Translations under genes and position numbers: made by a program | The notes under the pieces: generated by a model | Databases searched by the model: none | Told to the model about the DNA's origin: nothing | What the model saw: only the letters and a program-made list of their open reading frames with translations | Source: Planctomycetota bacterium | GTDB taxonomy: Bacteria > Planctomycetota > UBA1135 > UBA2386 | NCBI GenBank assembly: GCA_046290465.1 | Contig: JBKAGP010000001.1 | Location: 4,480,001-4,544,000, forward strand | Length of the DNA: 64,000 nucleotides | Reading direction: 5' to 3' | Shown here: positions 1 to 10,400 of the stretch, in pieces | How the letters are laid out: each line of letters opens with the position of its first letter | How positions within the stretch are numbered: the first letter of the stretch is position 1

Positions 1-443
1 ACGCCGGTGCGCGACGGCACGTTGTAGGCGATCACCGCGACGTCGGGCAGGGCTTCGGCGATCGCGCGGAAGTGCGCGACGATGCCGGCCTGGGTCGGCT
101 TGGTGTAGGGCGGCACGGCGATCAGCACGGCCTCGGCGCCGCGCTGCTGCGCCTCGCGCGTCGCGGCGATCGTCGCCGCGGTGCCGGACTGGCCGCTGCC
201 GACCACGAGCATCGCGTCGCCGCGGTTTTCGTCGACGATCTCGACGACGCGACGGCGCTCGGCGTCGTCGAGCATCGCCGCTTCGCCGGTCGAACCGAGC
301 GCGACGACGAAGTCGGCGCCGCCGGCGACCACGTGCTGCACGAGCCGGGCCAGGCCGTCCTCGTCGAGCGCTCCTTCGGGTTGGAAGGGCGTCGCCAGCG
401 CGACGCCGAAGCCGTTGCCGAACCGTTCGATCATGCCGTTCAT
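1..443 (-). CDS. dapA: 4-hydroxy-tetrahydrodipicolinate synthase (3' end outside window)
   Basis: Own translation MNGMIERFGNGFGVALATPF...LGSTGEA...PPYTKPTQAG...YNVPSRTG has DHDPS motifs; ATGA overlap with the dapB stop. Confidence 0.95.
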   Translation of the reverse strand, partial: MNGMIERFGNGFGVALATPFQPEGALDEDGLARLVQHVVAGGADFVVALGSTGEAAMLDDAERRRVVEIVDENRGDAMLVVGSGQSGTAATIAATREAQQRGAEAVLIAVPPYTKPTQAGIVAHFRAIAEALPDVAVIAYNVPSRTG

Positions 444-1171
444 CGCTCGCCTCCTTGCAGGCCGACGAACAGCGGGTCGAGCACCGTCGCCGCCACGTCG
501 TCCATGGTGAACACGCCCTTCCTGTCCTGGATCCACTCGCACGCCGCGAGCGCGCCGTCGGCGAAGGCCAGCGGGCTGCGCGCGGTGTGCCGGAGTTCGA
601 GCACCTCCGCCGGAGCGTCGATGCCGATGCGGTGCTCGCTGTAGGTGTGGCCGGCCCGCATCACGCCGACGCTGAGTTCGTCCGGCTCGAGCGGGCCGCC
701 GACGCGCCACGACTGCTTGCGCGGGCAGCCGTCGAGCATCGTGCCGGCGAGCAGCCTGGCCGTGCCGGATGGCGCGTCGTGCTTCTGGGCCTGGTGGTGC
801 TCGACGATGTACGGGTCGAGCAGCTCGTCGCGCGCGGCGAAGCGCGCCAGCACCAGCGTCAGGCGTCGCACGAGGGCGACGCCAAGCGAGAAGTTGGGTG
901 CGGTGACGACGCCGATGCGATCGCCGACGCGCTGGTGCAGGTCGGCCAGCTCCCAGCCGGTGCTGCCGATCACCAGCGGCACGCCGTGCTCGAGCGCCCA
1001 GTCGAGCCGTGCCGGCACCGCGTCGCCGCTGGCCGCCTCGATGATCACGTCGACGTCGCCGTTCGGCGGCGTCTCGCGCGTCAGGTGCCACGCGATGCGA
1101 TCCCCGAGGTGCTGGCCGATGGCCGCGCCGAGGCGTCCCTTGCCGAACAGTCCGATCCGTAGCTCGCTCAT
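440..1171 (-). CDS. dapB: 4-hydroxy-tetrahydrodipicolinate reductase
   Basis: MSELRIGLFGKGRLG, VIGSTGW, PNFSLG, EHHQAQKHDAPSGTA, HTARS...FADGAL; C-terminal part of ORF 440..2464. Confidence 0.93.
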   Translation of the reverse strand: MSELRIGLFGKGRLGAAIGQHLGDRIAWHLTRETPPNGDVDVIIEAASGDAVPARLDWALEHGVPLVIGSTGWELADLHQRVGDRIGVVTAPNFSLGVALVRRLTLVLARFAARDELLDPYIVEHHQAQKHDAPSGTARLLAGTMLDGCPRKQSWRVGGPLEPDELSVGVMRAGHTYSEHRIGIDAPAEVLELRHTARSPLAFADGALAACEWIQDRKGVFTMDDVAATVLDPLFVGLQGGER

Positions 1172-2556
1172 CGTGCCTGCTCCTCCGTCGCGACGCTGAT
1201 CCTCGCATCGAGGCCCTCGCCGAAGAACTCGTCGTGCAGCCGCCGCAGCGCCTGCTCCCGCTCGATCCCGCGCACCACGAACGACAGGTTGCGGCTGTTG
1301 CCGCCGAAGCTGACCATGCGCGGCTCGATCGGATGCAGCGCGCGACAGGCGCGCTCGAGCACCCGTTCGGTGTGCTGCAGGCCGTCGCCGATCGCGGCGA
1401 CGATCGCGCAGTCCTCGGTCACCTCGACGTGCGCGGTGCCGTCGAGCGCTGCGACCAGCCGGGCGACCGGCGCGTCGTGTTCGACCGTGACCGCGACCGA
1501 CACCTCGGCCGTCGTGATCAGGTCGACCGGCACGTCCAGCTCGCCGAACACCTCGAACAGCTTCGCCAGGTAGCCGCTGGCCTCGAGCATGCGCCGGCTG
1601 GTCATCGTCAGCACCGTCACCGGCCCGCGCGACGCCAGCGCCGCGATGCCGCGGGTCGGGTCGGCGCAGTCGGCCGCGATCCTGGTGAACGCGCCGTCGG
1701 GGCGCATCGTGTGGCGCACGGTCACCGCGATGCCGCGGTCGACCGCCGGTTGGATCGTCGACGGGTGCAGCACGCGGGCGCCGAACGCGGCCAGCTCCGC
1801 GGCCTCGTCGGGGCTCAGCGTCGCGATCGGGCGCGCCTGCGGAACGGTCCGCGGATCGGTCGTCAGCACGCCTTCGACGTCGGTCCAGATCTGCACTTCG
1901 TCGGCGCCGAGCGCGGCGCCGAGCAGCGCGGCGGACCAGTCGCTGCCGCCGCGGCCGAGCGTCGTGGTGAAGCCGTCGCGCGAGCGGCCGACGTAGCCCT
2001 GCGTCACGACGGTGACGCCGCGGCCGACGTGCGGGCCGATGTTCTGGTGCGCCAGCTGCCGGATCTGCCCCTTGTCGGGGCGAGCGCGACCGAACGTCCC
2101 GTCGGTCCGGATCACGTCGCGCGCGTCGACCGCGATCGCCTGCGCGCCGCGTTCGGTCAGGTGTCGCGTCAGCAGCAGCGTCGAGATCCGTTCGCCATGG
2201 GCGACCAGCGAGTCGGTGGTCCGGGCCAGGTGCTGCGGCGCGCGCCCGATGCCGCGGGCCAGCATGCCGACGTCCTGCTGCAGCTGCTGCAGCTCCGGCT
2301 CGATCGCGTCGGCGTCGTCGAGCAGCTCGGCCGCGACCGCGCGCGCATCGCCGAACAGCGCGTCCACCGCCTGCAGGGCCGCGTCGCTGTCGCCCGCCGC
2401 ACCCTGCCGGCAGATCGCGAACAGCGCGTTGGTGGTGTCGCCCATCGCCGACAGCACCACGCACGGCGTCCTTCCGGCCTTCAGCACGAGGTCGCCGACC
2501 TGCCGCAGGCGCGCGGCGCTGGCCAGCGAACTGCCGCCGAACTTCATGACGATCAT
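1168..2556 (-). CDS. lysC: Aspartate kinase with C-terminal ACT domains
   Basis: MIVMKFGGSS, SAMGDTT, TTLGRGGSDWSA, WTDVEGVLTTDPR, FGARVLHP. Confidence 0.95.
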   Translation of the reverse strand: MIVMKFGGSSLASAARLRQVGDLVLKAGRTPCVVLSAMGDTTNALFAICRQGAAGDSDAALQAVDALFGDARAVAAELLDDADAIEPELQQLQQDVGMLARGIGRAPQHLARTTDSLVAHGERISTLLLTRHLTERGAQAIAVDARDVIRTDGTFGRARPDKGQIRQLAHQNIGPHVGRGVTVVTQGYVGRSRDGFTTTLGRGGSDWSAALLGAALGADEVQIWTDVEGVLTTDPRTVPQARPIATLSPDEAAELAAFGARVLHPSTIQPAVDRGIAVTVRHTMRPDGAFTRIAADCADPTRGIAALASRGPVTVLTMTSRRMLEASGYLAKLFEVFGELDVPVDLITTAEVSVAVTVEHDAPVARLVAALDGTAHVEVTEDCAIVAAIGDGLQHTERVLERACRALHPIEPRMVSFGGNSRNLSFVVRGIEREQALRRLHDEFFGEGLDARISVATEEQAR

Positions 2557-3602
2557 GACGTGTGTCCTCGCAGCATCGTGGTCGCGACCGCGATCAGCAG
2601 ATCGGTGCCGCGCACCAGGTCCGTGCCGGTGATGTGTTCGTCGAGGGTGTGCGCGACCTTGATCGTGCCGGGGCCGCACAGCGCGACGCGGCGACCGCCG
2701 ACGATCGAGCGCAGCCGCGGTGCGTCGCTGCCGAACGGCACCACCGCGTGTTCGAAGCCGGGCACCTTGTCGAACGTCTCGGGCGGCGTGAACGACACCT
2801 GCTCGACGTGGCCTTCTTCGGGCGCGAGCTGGCGGACGCGCTGTTCGAACGACGAGCCCGGCACCGAACGCACGAACACCTGCGCCTCGGCGTTGGCCGG
2901 GATCACGTTGGGTGCGGTGCCGCCGCGCAGGTTGCCGATGTTCCAGATCTCGGGACCGAGATCCTGATCCTGGTCCTGCTGCAGTTCGCGCACGCGCTGC
3001 AGCCAGTCGAGCATCGGCCAGATGGCGTTGTGGCCGAGCTCCGGCATGCCCGAGTGCGCGGCGACGCCCTTGGTCGACAGCTGCAGCTGCAGCGAGCCGC
3101 GCTGGCCGGTCGCGAGCTTGTTCTCGGTCGGTTCGCCGTTGATCACCGCGACGCACTCCCGCAGCAGTGGTTCGAGGTCGGCTGCCGCCGCAGCGCCGAT
3201 GCTGTCGGTCTCCTCACCGACGACGCCGAGCCACGCGAGGTCGCCATGGCCGCGCGCGAGCAGTTCGCGGATCGCCGCCAGCTGCGCCGCGATCTGGCCC
3301 TTGGCGTCACACGTGCCACGCCCGCTCAGCAGGTCGCCCTGGCGCCGCGGCGGCAAGAACGGCGGCACCGTGTCGAGGTGCGTCGAGAACAGCAGCTTCG
3401 GCCGGCCCCAGGTGGCGAGCACGTTGTGGCGGCCGGGAGCGACCGGGTGCAGCTGCACGTCGGCGCCGAGCTCCCGCAGCAGGCTGCGGAGCTGCGGCAG
3501 GCCGTGGTCCTCGCGACCGGTCGTCGTGTCGGCGCGGCACAGCGCTTCGGTGCGATCCAGCAGCCAGGCGGCGCGATCTTCGGCGGGTTGGGTGGCGGTC
3601 AT
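2553..3602 (-). CDS. M20 family metallo-deacylase (ArgE/DapE-like), likely N-acyl-diaminopimelate deacylase
   Basis: HLDTVPP, GRGTCDAKG, GEE, GEPT, AHSG, AHTLDE motifs; first gene of the dap operon. Confidence 0.85.
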   Translation of the reverse strand: MTATQPAEDRAAWLLDRTEALCRADTTTGREDHGLPQLRSLLRELGADVQLHPVAPGRHNVLATWGRPKLLFSTHLDTVPPFLPPRRQGDLLSGRGTCDAKGQIAAQLAAIRELLARGHGDLAWLGVVGEETDSIGAAAAADLEPLLRECVAVINGEPTENKLATGQRGSLQLQLSTKGVAAHSGMPELGHNAIWPMLDWLQRVRELQQDQDQDLGPEIWNIGNLRGGTAPNVIPANAEAQVFVRSVPGSSFEQRVRQLAPEEGHVEQVSFTPPETFDKVPGFEHAVVPFGSDAPRLRSIVGGRRVALCGPGTIKVAHTLDEHITGTDLVRGTDLLIAVATTMLRGHTS

Positions 3603-3698
3603 GTCGGTGTCGGGCTTGCTTCGTGAACGAGCCGCCTTCGGAACACCTCGGACCGTGGCGCACGCGAGCGTGCGTTCGGCCTCTGGCTCTCCGCATCG

Positions 3699-3856
3699 CG
3701 CCAAGCGCTCTGCGACAGCCACGCGGGTATTAGCCCACGCAACCAACCAACGCTCGCTCGGGCGGGCGCCGGCTTCGGCGGTCGTCGCCTTTCACCGTCG
3801 ATCGTGGGGCTCCGAGGCCCTCACGACGGCTACTGATCGCGACCGCTCCTCCAGCG
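3699..3856 (-). ncRNA. Lysine riboswitch (L-box) aptamer
   Basis: Minus strand reads GGAGGAGC..AGTA..TGA/GAT kink-turn..GAAAGG..GCCGAA..TGG..AATA..CTGTC..GAGCGCT; P2, P2a, P2b, P3 and P4 pair; loops CTCGG/CCGAG are complementary; lies directly upstream of the lysine biosynthesis operon. Confidence 0.9.
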
Positions 3857-3864
3857 GTGACGGC

Positions 3865-3893
3865 AGGATGTGCGCGCCGTGTCGGTTCGTCAA
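3865..3893 (-). promoter_or_regulatory. Sigma70-type promoter of the riboswitch/dap operon
   Basis: TTGACG-N17-CATCCT on the minus strand, ending about 8 nt before the aptamer 5' end. Confidence 0.6.
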
Positions 3894-3950
3894 TGGGGCA
3901 GATCCCGGTTTCTCGTTAACGGCAGGCCACCGTTGGCGTCTCGTTGGTAG

Positions 3951-5111
3951 ATGCTCGTGCTCGCAGTCCTGTCGATCTCGGTGCTCCAGCAGCCGCAGGT
4001 GCCGTCCACACAACGGGTCGCGGCCAGGCTCCGCGAGGGCCATGAGGTCGCTGCGATCGTCGGTTGCGGCGAACAGGTCTCGGTCGCGCCAGACGGCTCC
4101 GCGGTCGCCGTGGTCGACCATCGGCGCAAGCTCGCGCGCGTCGTCGACGCCGCCACCGGAGACGTGCGGGACGCGCCGCTGGCGGGGGAGGTGTGCTCGA
4201 TCGCGCTGCTGCCCAACGGCGGCTGCTGGCTCGGCCTCGAGAACGGCGCGGTCGCGCACGCGCCGGCGGACGGGGCGCTGCGTCGGTTCGACGTGATGCA
4301 GCACCCGATCGACGGGCTCGTCTGCGTCGCGGGCAACGTCGCGTGGTCGTCGAGCAAGGCCGACCGCGGCGGCGTGCTCGACGCGCGCACCGGCGACGTT
4401 CGTTTCCGGGCGGCGACGCCGTTCGGCGGCTACCGCGAACGGCGCATGTTCCTGTCGCGCGACGGCCGCCACGCACTGCACTTCGATCGCGACCCGAGCA
4501 AGGGCGGCCGGCGGCTGGTGCGCGTGCGCGACGCGAACACCGGCGAGGTTCGCGGCACCGCCGACAGCTACCTGTGCAAGCGCGCGCCGGGGATCGCGTT
4601 CGGCCTCGATCGCCTGTTCACGGCCGCGCGCGTCGCGTCGAGCAAGTGGGAGCTGCGCCGGTTCGATCTCGTGACGATGCAGTCGCACGTCGTCGACGAC
4701 GACCTGCGCGGCAAGCACTTCGTTGACCTGATGCTGTCGCCGAGCGCGCGCTATCTGCTCGAAGGTGACCACGAAGAACGCGGTGCGATGCTCTACGACG
4801 TCGGTGGCGGGGTGACCGGGGGCCGGCGGCAACTGGGAGCGAAGGGCGCGCTGCCGGTCGGCTTCCTCGGGGATGGACTCGTCGGCGAGGAGCTCGCGTG
4901 CACGACGGTGGAGGGGGCGCGGACGGGGCTGACCGTGTGGTCGACGAGCAGCGGTGAGCGCCTCGCCGCCGACCTGCCGTTCGCACGTGCCAAACGCGTC
5001 ACGAACGTCGGCAGCCTGCGCGGCGGCCGCGCCATGTGGATCGCCAGCTGGTCCGCTGGCAAGGACCGTTCGATCGAATACGGGCTGCACGTGGTCGCGT
5101 TCGAGGACTGA
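3951..5111 (+). CDS. Hypothetical secreted protein, probable WD40-like beta-propeller
   Basis: Hydrophobic N-terminus; repeated xSPDG/xSRDG..VxDxxTG blade motifs. Confidence 0.6.
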   Translation: MLVLAVLSISVLQQPQVPSTQRVAARLREGHEVAAIVGCGEQVSVAPDGSAVAVVDHRRKLARVVDAATGDVRDAPLAGEVCSIALLPNGGCWLGLENGAVAHAPADGALRRFDVMQHPIDGLVCVAGNVAWSSSKADRGGVLDARTGDVRFRAATPFGGYRERRMFLSRDGRHALHFDRDPSKGGRRLVRVRDANTGEVRGTADSYLCKRAPGIAFGLDRLFTAARVASSKWELRRFDLVTMQSHVVDDDLRGKHFVDLMLSPSARYLLEGDHEERGAMLYDVGGGVTGGRRQLGAKGALPVGFLGDGLVGEELACTTVEGARTGLTVWSTSSGERLAADLPFARAKRVTNVGSLRGGRAMWIASWSAGKDRSIEYGLHVVAFED

Positions 5112-5171
5112 CGGCCACCTTGCGGTTTTCGGGGCGGGTGGGACGTTAGCCTGACGCCCTGGTAAGCCCCC

Positions 5172-6302
5172 ATGCCAGCCAGCCACCACCTCGCCATCCT
5201 CGTCCTCGCGCTGTGTGCCGCGCCGCTCGCAGCGCAGCGTCCCGTCGTCACCGTCGGCGGCAGCAACCCGAGCTTCGCGGACCTGCCGCAGGCCGTTGCC
5301 GCCGCCGCGCCGGGTTCGATCGTCGACGTGCGGCCCGGTCTCTACACCGGGTTCTCGACCAGCAAGCCGCTGCGCGTCGTGCTGCACGGCGCGACCGTGC
5401 AGCCGGCCGCGGGCGCCAGCTACGCGATCGAAGTGCACGGCGTCACGGGCCCCGACCAGTTCGTGCTGGCCGGCGATCCTGGCACGGTGCTGGCCGGGCC
5501 GCTCGGCGCGATGCGCGTCGACGGCACCCATGCGCCGGTCGTGATCGAGAGCGTCATCCTCGGTGGCACCACGCAGCCGGGTCTCGAGGTCTTCAACACC
5601 GGATCGGTGTTCGTGACGCGTTCGATTCTGCTGGGCAACCCGGCGTTGACCGCGCAGTTCTGCAACCTGACCAGCTGCGAGAACGTCGTCGGCAATGCGG
5701 TCGGCGTCGGAGCGATCGTCCAGAGCGCGCTGTTCGAATCGTCCCGCGCGATCTACCTCGGCACCAACCAACCGGCCCTGCGCGTGTTCACGTCCGACGT
5801 GCGGCTGTCGAGCGACGGGACCGGGTCGATGCTGGCGATCGGCTCGATCCCGGTGCCGATCAGCGCGGTCGAGGCGTTCGACAGCACGGTGACGTGGGAT
5901 CCGGCGCGGTTCACGACCTCGACCATCGGCGGTGCGCCGGTGCTCGGCGCGCAGCAGACCGTCGAGGTCATCGAGGACGTGCCGATGATGAACGCCGGCC
6001 CGGCACCGCTCGGCGGCGTCGCGATGGCGCGCATGGTCAGCGGCACGCCGGTGTTCGGCATGATCGCGATGGGGTTCCTGCTGACGACCCCAAACGTGTT
6101 CGCGTCGATCGGCTACTACGTCGACCCCGCCAACTTCGTGCTGGCCAACGCCGGCCTCGTCGACGGCAACGGCCTGTTCGTCAACATCGCCATCCCCAAC
6201 GACCCGGCGCTGCGCGGCAACCTCTACTGCTTCCAGGGCGTGACCTTCCCCGCCTCCGGCATCGCCGCCACCAGCAACGCCGCCCTCTGGCACGTCGAGT
6301 AG
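5172..6302 (+). CDS. Secreted protein, beta-helix-like N-region plus conserved C-terminal domain
   Basis: Signal peptide (APLAAQ); FADLPQAVAAAAPGSIVDVRPGLY motif; C-terminal IPNDPALRG..FQG..SNA. Confidence 0.7.
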   Translation: MPASHHLAILVLALCAAPLAAQRPVVTVGGSNPSFADLPQAVAAAAPGSIVDVRPGLYTGFSTSKPLRVVLHGATVQPAAGASYAIEVHGVTGPDQFVLAGDPGTVLAGPLGAMRVDGTHAPVVIESVILGGTTQPGLEVFNTGSVFVTRSILLGNPALTAQFCNLTSCENVVGNAVGVGAIVQSALFESSRAIYLGTNQPALRVFTSDVRLSSDGTGSMLAIGSIPVPISAVEAFDSTVTWDPARFTTSTIGGAPVLGAQQTVEVIEDVPMMNAGPAPLGGVAMARMVSGTPVFGMIAMGFLLTTPNVFASIGYYVDPANFVLANAGLVDGNGLFVNIAIPNDPALRGNLYCFQGVTFPASGIAATSNAALWHVE

Positions 6303-6309
6303 CGTACCG

Positions 6310-7425
6310 CTACTTCACGAAGTGCTTGAGGGCGCCGACGACTTCGACCTGTTCGGCTTCGGTGAGGCCCTGGAAGATCGGCAGGGCGAGCGAACGGCGG
6401 CTGGCTTCGTCGGCGACGGGGAAGTCCTTGGCGTCGTAGCCGAGGTACTCGAAGCACGGCTGGCGGTGGAACGGCACCGGGTAGTAGACGGCGCAGCCGA
6501 CGCCCTGCGAGCGCAGGTGCGTGATCGCCGCGTCACGCTGCTCCTCCGGCACGTGCAGTACGAACTGGTGGTAGGCGTGGCGGTCGGTGTCGGTCGGCAG
6601 CTCGGCCCACTCCATCAGGTCGGCCTCGGCGAACAGGCGTCGGTAGTTGTCGGCGTTCTGCCGGCGGATCTCGGTGACCTCCTCCATCGAGCGCAGCTTC
6701 ACGCGCAGCGCCGCGGCCTGCAGCGCGTCCATGCGGAAGTTGCCGCCGATCATGTGGTGCAGGTATTGCTGCTCCATGCCGTGGTTCCGCAGCAGCCGGC
6801 ACTTCTCGTAGAACTCGGTGTCGTTGGTGGTCAGGAAGCCGCCGTCGCCGATGCCGCCGAAGTTCTTGGTCGGGAACGTCGACCAGCCGGCGCAGAGGCC
6901 GTGGCCGCCGAGCATGCGGCCGTCGTGCCTGGTGCCGATCGCCTGTGCGGCGTCCTCGATCAGCGGCACCGAGTGGTCGCGGCAGATCCGCACTACGGCG
7001 TCGACGTCGAACGCGGCGCCGAACAGGTGCACGCCGACGACCGCCTTCGGGTTCTTGCACGCCTTCAACGCCGCCTCGAGCTTGTCGGGGTCGATGTTCT
7101 TGAAGGTCGGCTCCGAGTCGACGAACACCGGCGTCGCGCCGGTACGCGCGACCGTGCCGGCCGTCGCGAAGAACGAGTAGGTCGGCAGCACGACCTCGTC
7201 GCCCGGGCCGATGCCGAGCGCCATCATCGGCGCCAGCAGCGCGTCGGTGCCCGACGACATCGTCAGCGCGTGGCGGCAGCCGAGGTAGGCCGCCAGTTCC
7301 TGTTCGAGGTTCTCGACCTCGGGTCCCAGGATGTACTGGCCGCTGCGCACGACGCGCACGACGGCGGCTTCGATTTCGGCGAGCTGCGCTTGGTCGCGCG
7401 TGAGGTCGATCAGGGGTACCGGCAT
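6310..7425 (-). CDS. DegT/DnrJ/EryC1/StrS family PLP sugar aminotransferase
   Basis: SSGTDAL, VHLFG, IEDAAQAIG, STFPTKNFGGIGDGG, NFRMDALQAA. Confidence 0.95.
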   Translation of the reverse strand: MPVPLIDLTRDQAQLAEIEAAVVRVVRSGQYILGPEVENLEQELAAYLGCRHALTMSSGTDALLAPMMALGIGPGDEVVLPTYSFFATAGTVARTGATPVFVDSEPTFKNIDPDKLEAALKACKNPKAVVGVHLFGAAFDVDAVVRICRDHSVPLIEDAAQAIGTRHDGRMLGGHGLCAGWSTFPTKNFGGIGDGGFLTTNDTEFYEKCRLLRNHGMEQQYLHHMIGGNFRMDALQAAALRVKLRSMEEVTEIRRQNADNYRRLFAEADLMEWAELPTDTDRHAYHQFVLHVPEEQRDAAITHLRSQGVGCAVYYPVPFHRQPCFEYLGYDAKDFPVADEASRRSLALPIFQGLTEAEQVEVVGALKHFVK

Positions 7426-7468
7426 TGGCGCCGAAGAGGATAGACCTCCAGGCGCCCGGCGAAAGCAC

Positions 7469-10400
7469 TCACTTGGCGTTCAGCGTGCCCTGGCGCCAGC
7501 GATCTGCCAGGGAGTAGATCGGCTCGCAAAGCAGGTCGACGACCGGCATCGACGCCATCAGCTCCTCGTCGAAGGTCGGCTCGGTCTCGGTGACCGAGTC
7601 GGCCAGCGCCTGGTAGCGGTTGCGGTAGCCACCGAGGATGCCGCGCAGCTCCGCGGCCTCCAGGTGCTCGTGGAAACGCACGTGCAGCAGGGTCAGGCCG
7701 ACCGTGCGGTTGTCCTTGACCTCCGGCACGATCACGACGGTGCGGTCGTCGCTGCGGCCGCGCGCGACCATCAACTTGCGCTCGCTGGCGACCAGGTGCT
7801 TGGTGCCCTTCAGCGTCGGGTTCTGGTCGGTGCGCGACGACAGGTTGGCAGCGACGCCGCGGCGGTCGACGACGTGGGCGGTCGCGGTGCCGTCGCCGGG
7901 CTCGCCCTCGACGCGGTAGCGGGTGCTGCCGAGCACTTCGACGACGGCCGGATCGAGGCTGGCGAGCGCGCGCAGGTCGCGGTAGCCGAGGTGGTCGCGA
8001 ACGGCGCCCGCGGCGATCGCCTCGCGCACGAACGACGCCGTCAGCAGCGCCTCGTCGGTGCGCGAGATGCCGACCGTGACCGTCTTGGCCTGGTGCTTGA
8101 TCGCGTCGACCGGGCGGGTCAGCTCGTCGATCGCGGTGGTCAGCTCTTCGGTCAGGTGGTCGACGACGGCGCCGGGAGCGCCCGGTTCGCCGAACTCCAC
8201 CGAGAACGAGTCGAGCGGCATCAGCTCGAGCACGTAGTTGCACAGCGACGTCAGCCGCGCCGCGGTGCGCGCCTCGAGCGTGCCGTCGTAGCGGCCGAGC
8301 AGCAGGTCCTTGCGGAACTCCAGCCAGTGCGGCTGCAGGCGGGGGGCCAGGGCCGTCAGCACGTCGTCCTTCGGCAGCCCGGTCGCAAACGTCTCCTCGA
8401 TCGCGCCGCGCATGCGACGCAGCGGGCGCGCCAGTTCGTCGATGGCGAGCGCCGCCCGGTAGCCAAACAGGTGGCCGCCCATCGTCGACAGGATGTAGGC
8501 GAGCGACGGATGCGACGGCGGCACCTCGATGACGCCGTCGGCCTTGTCGAAGCGGGACTCACCTTCGGTGGCGATCACGATCGGCGATGCCTTGTGCGCC
8601 TTGTAGATCGCGACCTCCTTCTGGACGTCGTCGGCGGTCGAGCCGACCAGCCCGGCCGCGCAGCACAGGATCATCGGCTCCGACGACAGGTCGATGTGCT
8701 TCTTGTCCTCGGTCGCGTCACACGCGATCGACTTGTAGCAGAGCTCCGACAGCTTGATGCGCACCTCGGCGGCGGCGACGCGGTTCTTGCCGTTGCCGAC
8801 CAGCGCCCAGTAGCGCCGCTGCGGCGCGAACGAACGTGCGATGGCGGTGATCTTCTCGTCCTGCGCGAGCACCTTGCGCATCGCGTCGGGCAGCGCGACC
8901 AGCGCCTGCAGCAGTTGGTGTTCGGCGGCGTCGTCGTGGCAGCCGGCGGCGCGCGCGATCGCCAGCGCCAGCAGCTGGCCGGCCGCGCACTGCGCGTAGA
9001 AGGCCTTGGTCGACGCGACGCTCATCTCGACGTCGCGGCCGTCGGACGTGTAGATCACGCCGTCCGCCTTGTCGGTCAGGTCGCTGCCGCGGCGGTTGAC
9101 GATCGCCAGCACCGTCGCGCCGCGGCCGCGCACGAGGTCGACCGTGCGGTTGGTGTCGGTGGTCGTGCCCGACTGCGAGATCGCGACGATGAGCGTGTCA
9201 CTCATGTCGTCGCTCATGCCGAAGCCGGACAGTTCGGTCGCGGGTGTCGCCTGCACGGCGATGCCCGACGCTGCGAGGGCGTCGGTGATCGCGCCGGCGA
9301 CGGCCTGGCCGGCCACGGCGGCGGTGCCCTGGCCGATCACCAGGATGCGGCGGGTGGTGCCGTCCTGCAGCGCCTGCACCGCCGTTTGCGGCAGCGAGGC
9401 CTCGGGCAGTGCCGTGCGCAGCTGGTCACCGTGGTTCACGATGCGGCCGCGCAGCGTCTTCTGCAGCGAGTTCGGCGATTCGCCGATCTCCTTCAGCAGG
9501 TAGTGCGGGTGGTCGCCCAGGTCGATGTCGCGGGTCGTGACCGCCGCGGCCGTCAGGTGCGCATCCTCGACCGGCAACTCGGTCGCGTCGTACGCGAGCC
9601 GGGTGATGCCACCGACCTCACCCGCGCCGTCGCGGTCGAGCACGACGACCTGGCCGCGCGACGCGGCCGGGTTGTTGGGGTTGCCGGGGGTCTCGCCGTC
9701 CATGCGCAGGTAGCGGTCGCAGTCCTCGACCACGCCGTACGGTTCGCTGGCAACGATGTAGGTGTCCTCGGCGAGACCGATGTAGAGGGCCTGGCCGGAG
9801 CCGCGCAGCGCCAGCGCGAGCTTGTCGGGCTGGGCGGTCGACGCCGCACCGATCGCGACCGAGCCCTCGAACGAGCTGACCGTGCGGCGGAACGCGCTGG
9901 TCAGGTCGTGGCCCGCGCGCATCTGGTGCGAGACCAGTGTCGGGATCACCTTGGCGTCCGTGGTGATCGCGTCGTGCAGCTGCAGATCGTGCTGGCGGGC
10001 CAGGTCGTGGTGGTTGTCGACGTCGCCGTTGAGCGCGCCGATCACGTACGGGCCCGGCTCGCCGGCGATCTCCTCCTGGTTGAGCGGGTGCGCGTTGGGT
10101 TGGCTGATGATGCCGACGCTCGCCCAGCGGGTGTGGCCGAGCACCAGGCTCTGCACCTCGGGCTGTCGGAACGCGGCCTGCAGCAGTTCGTCGGCGAGGA
10201 TCGTCTCGCGCAGTGCCGCGACGTTGTCGCCGAGCTCGCCGATCTCGGCGGCATGCTTGTAGACGAAGTTGAGGTTGCCGTCGGCGCAGCGCACCGAGCC
10301 GTTCTGGAACAACGGGTCGATCGCGCGCGCTTCGCGCAGGCTGCGCAACCGGGCGTCCTCGACGTCGATGCCGCTGACGACCACCGAGACGCCGGCCGAG

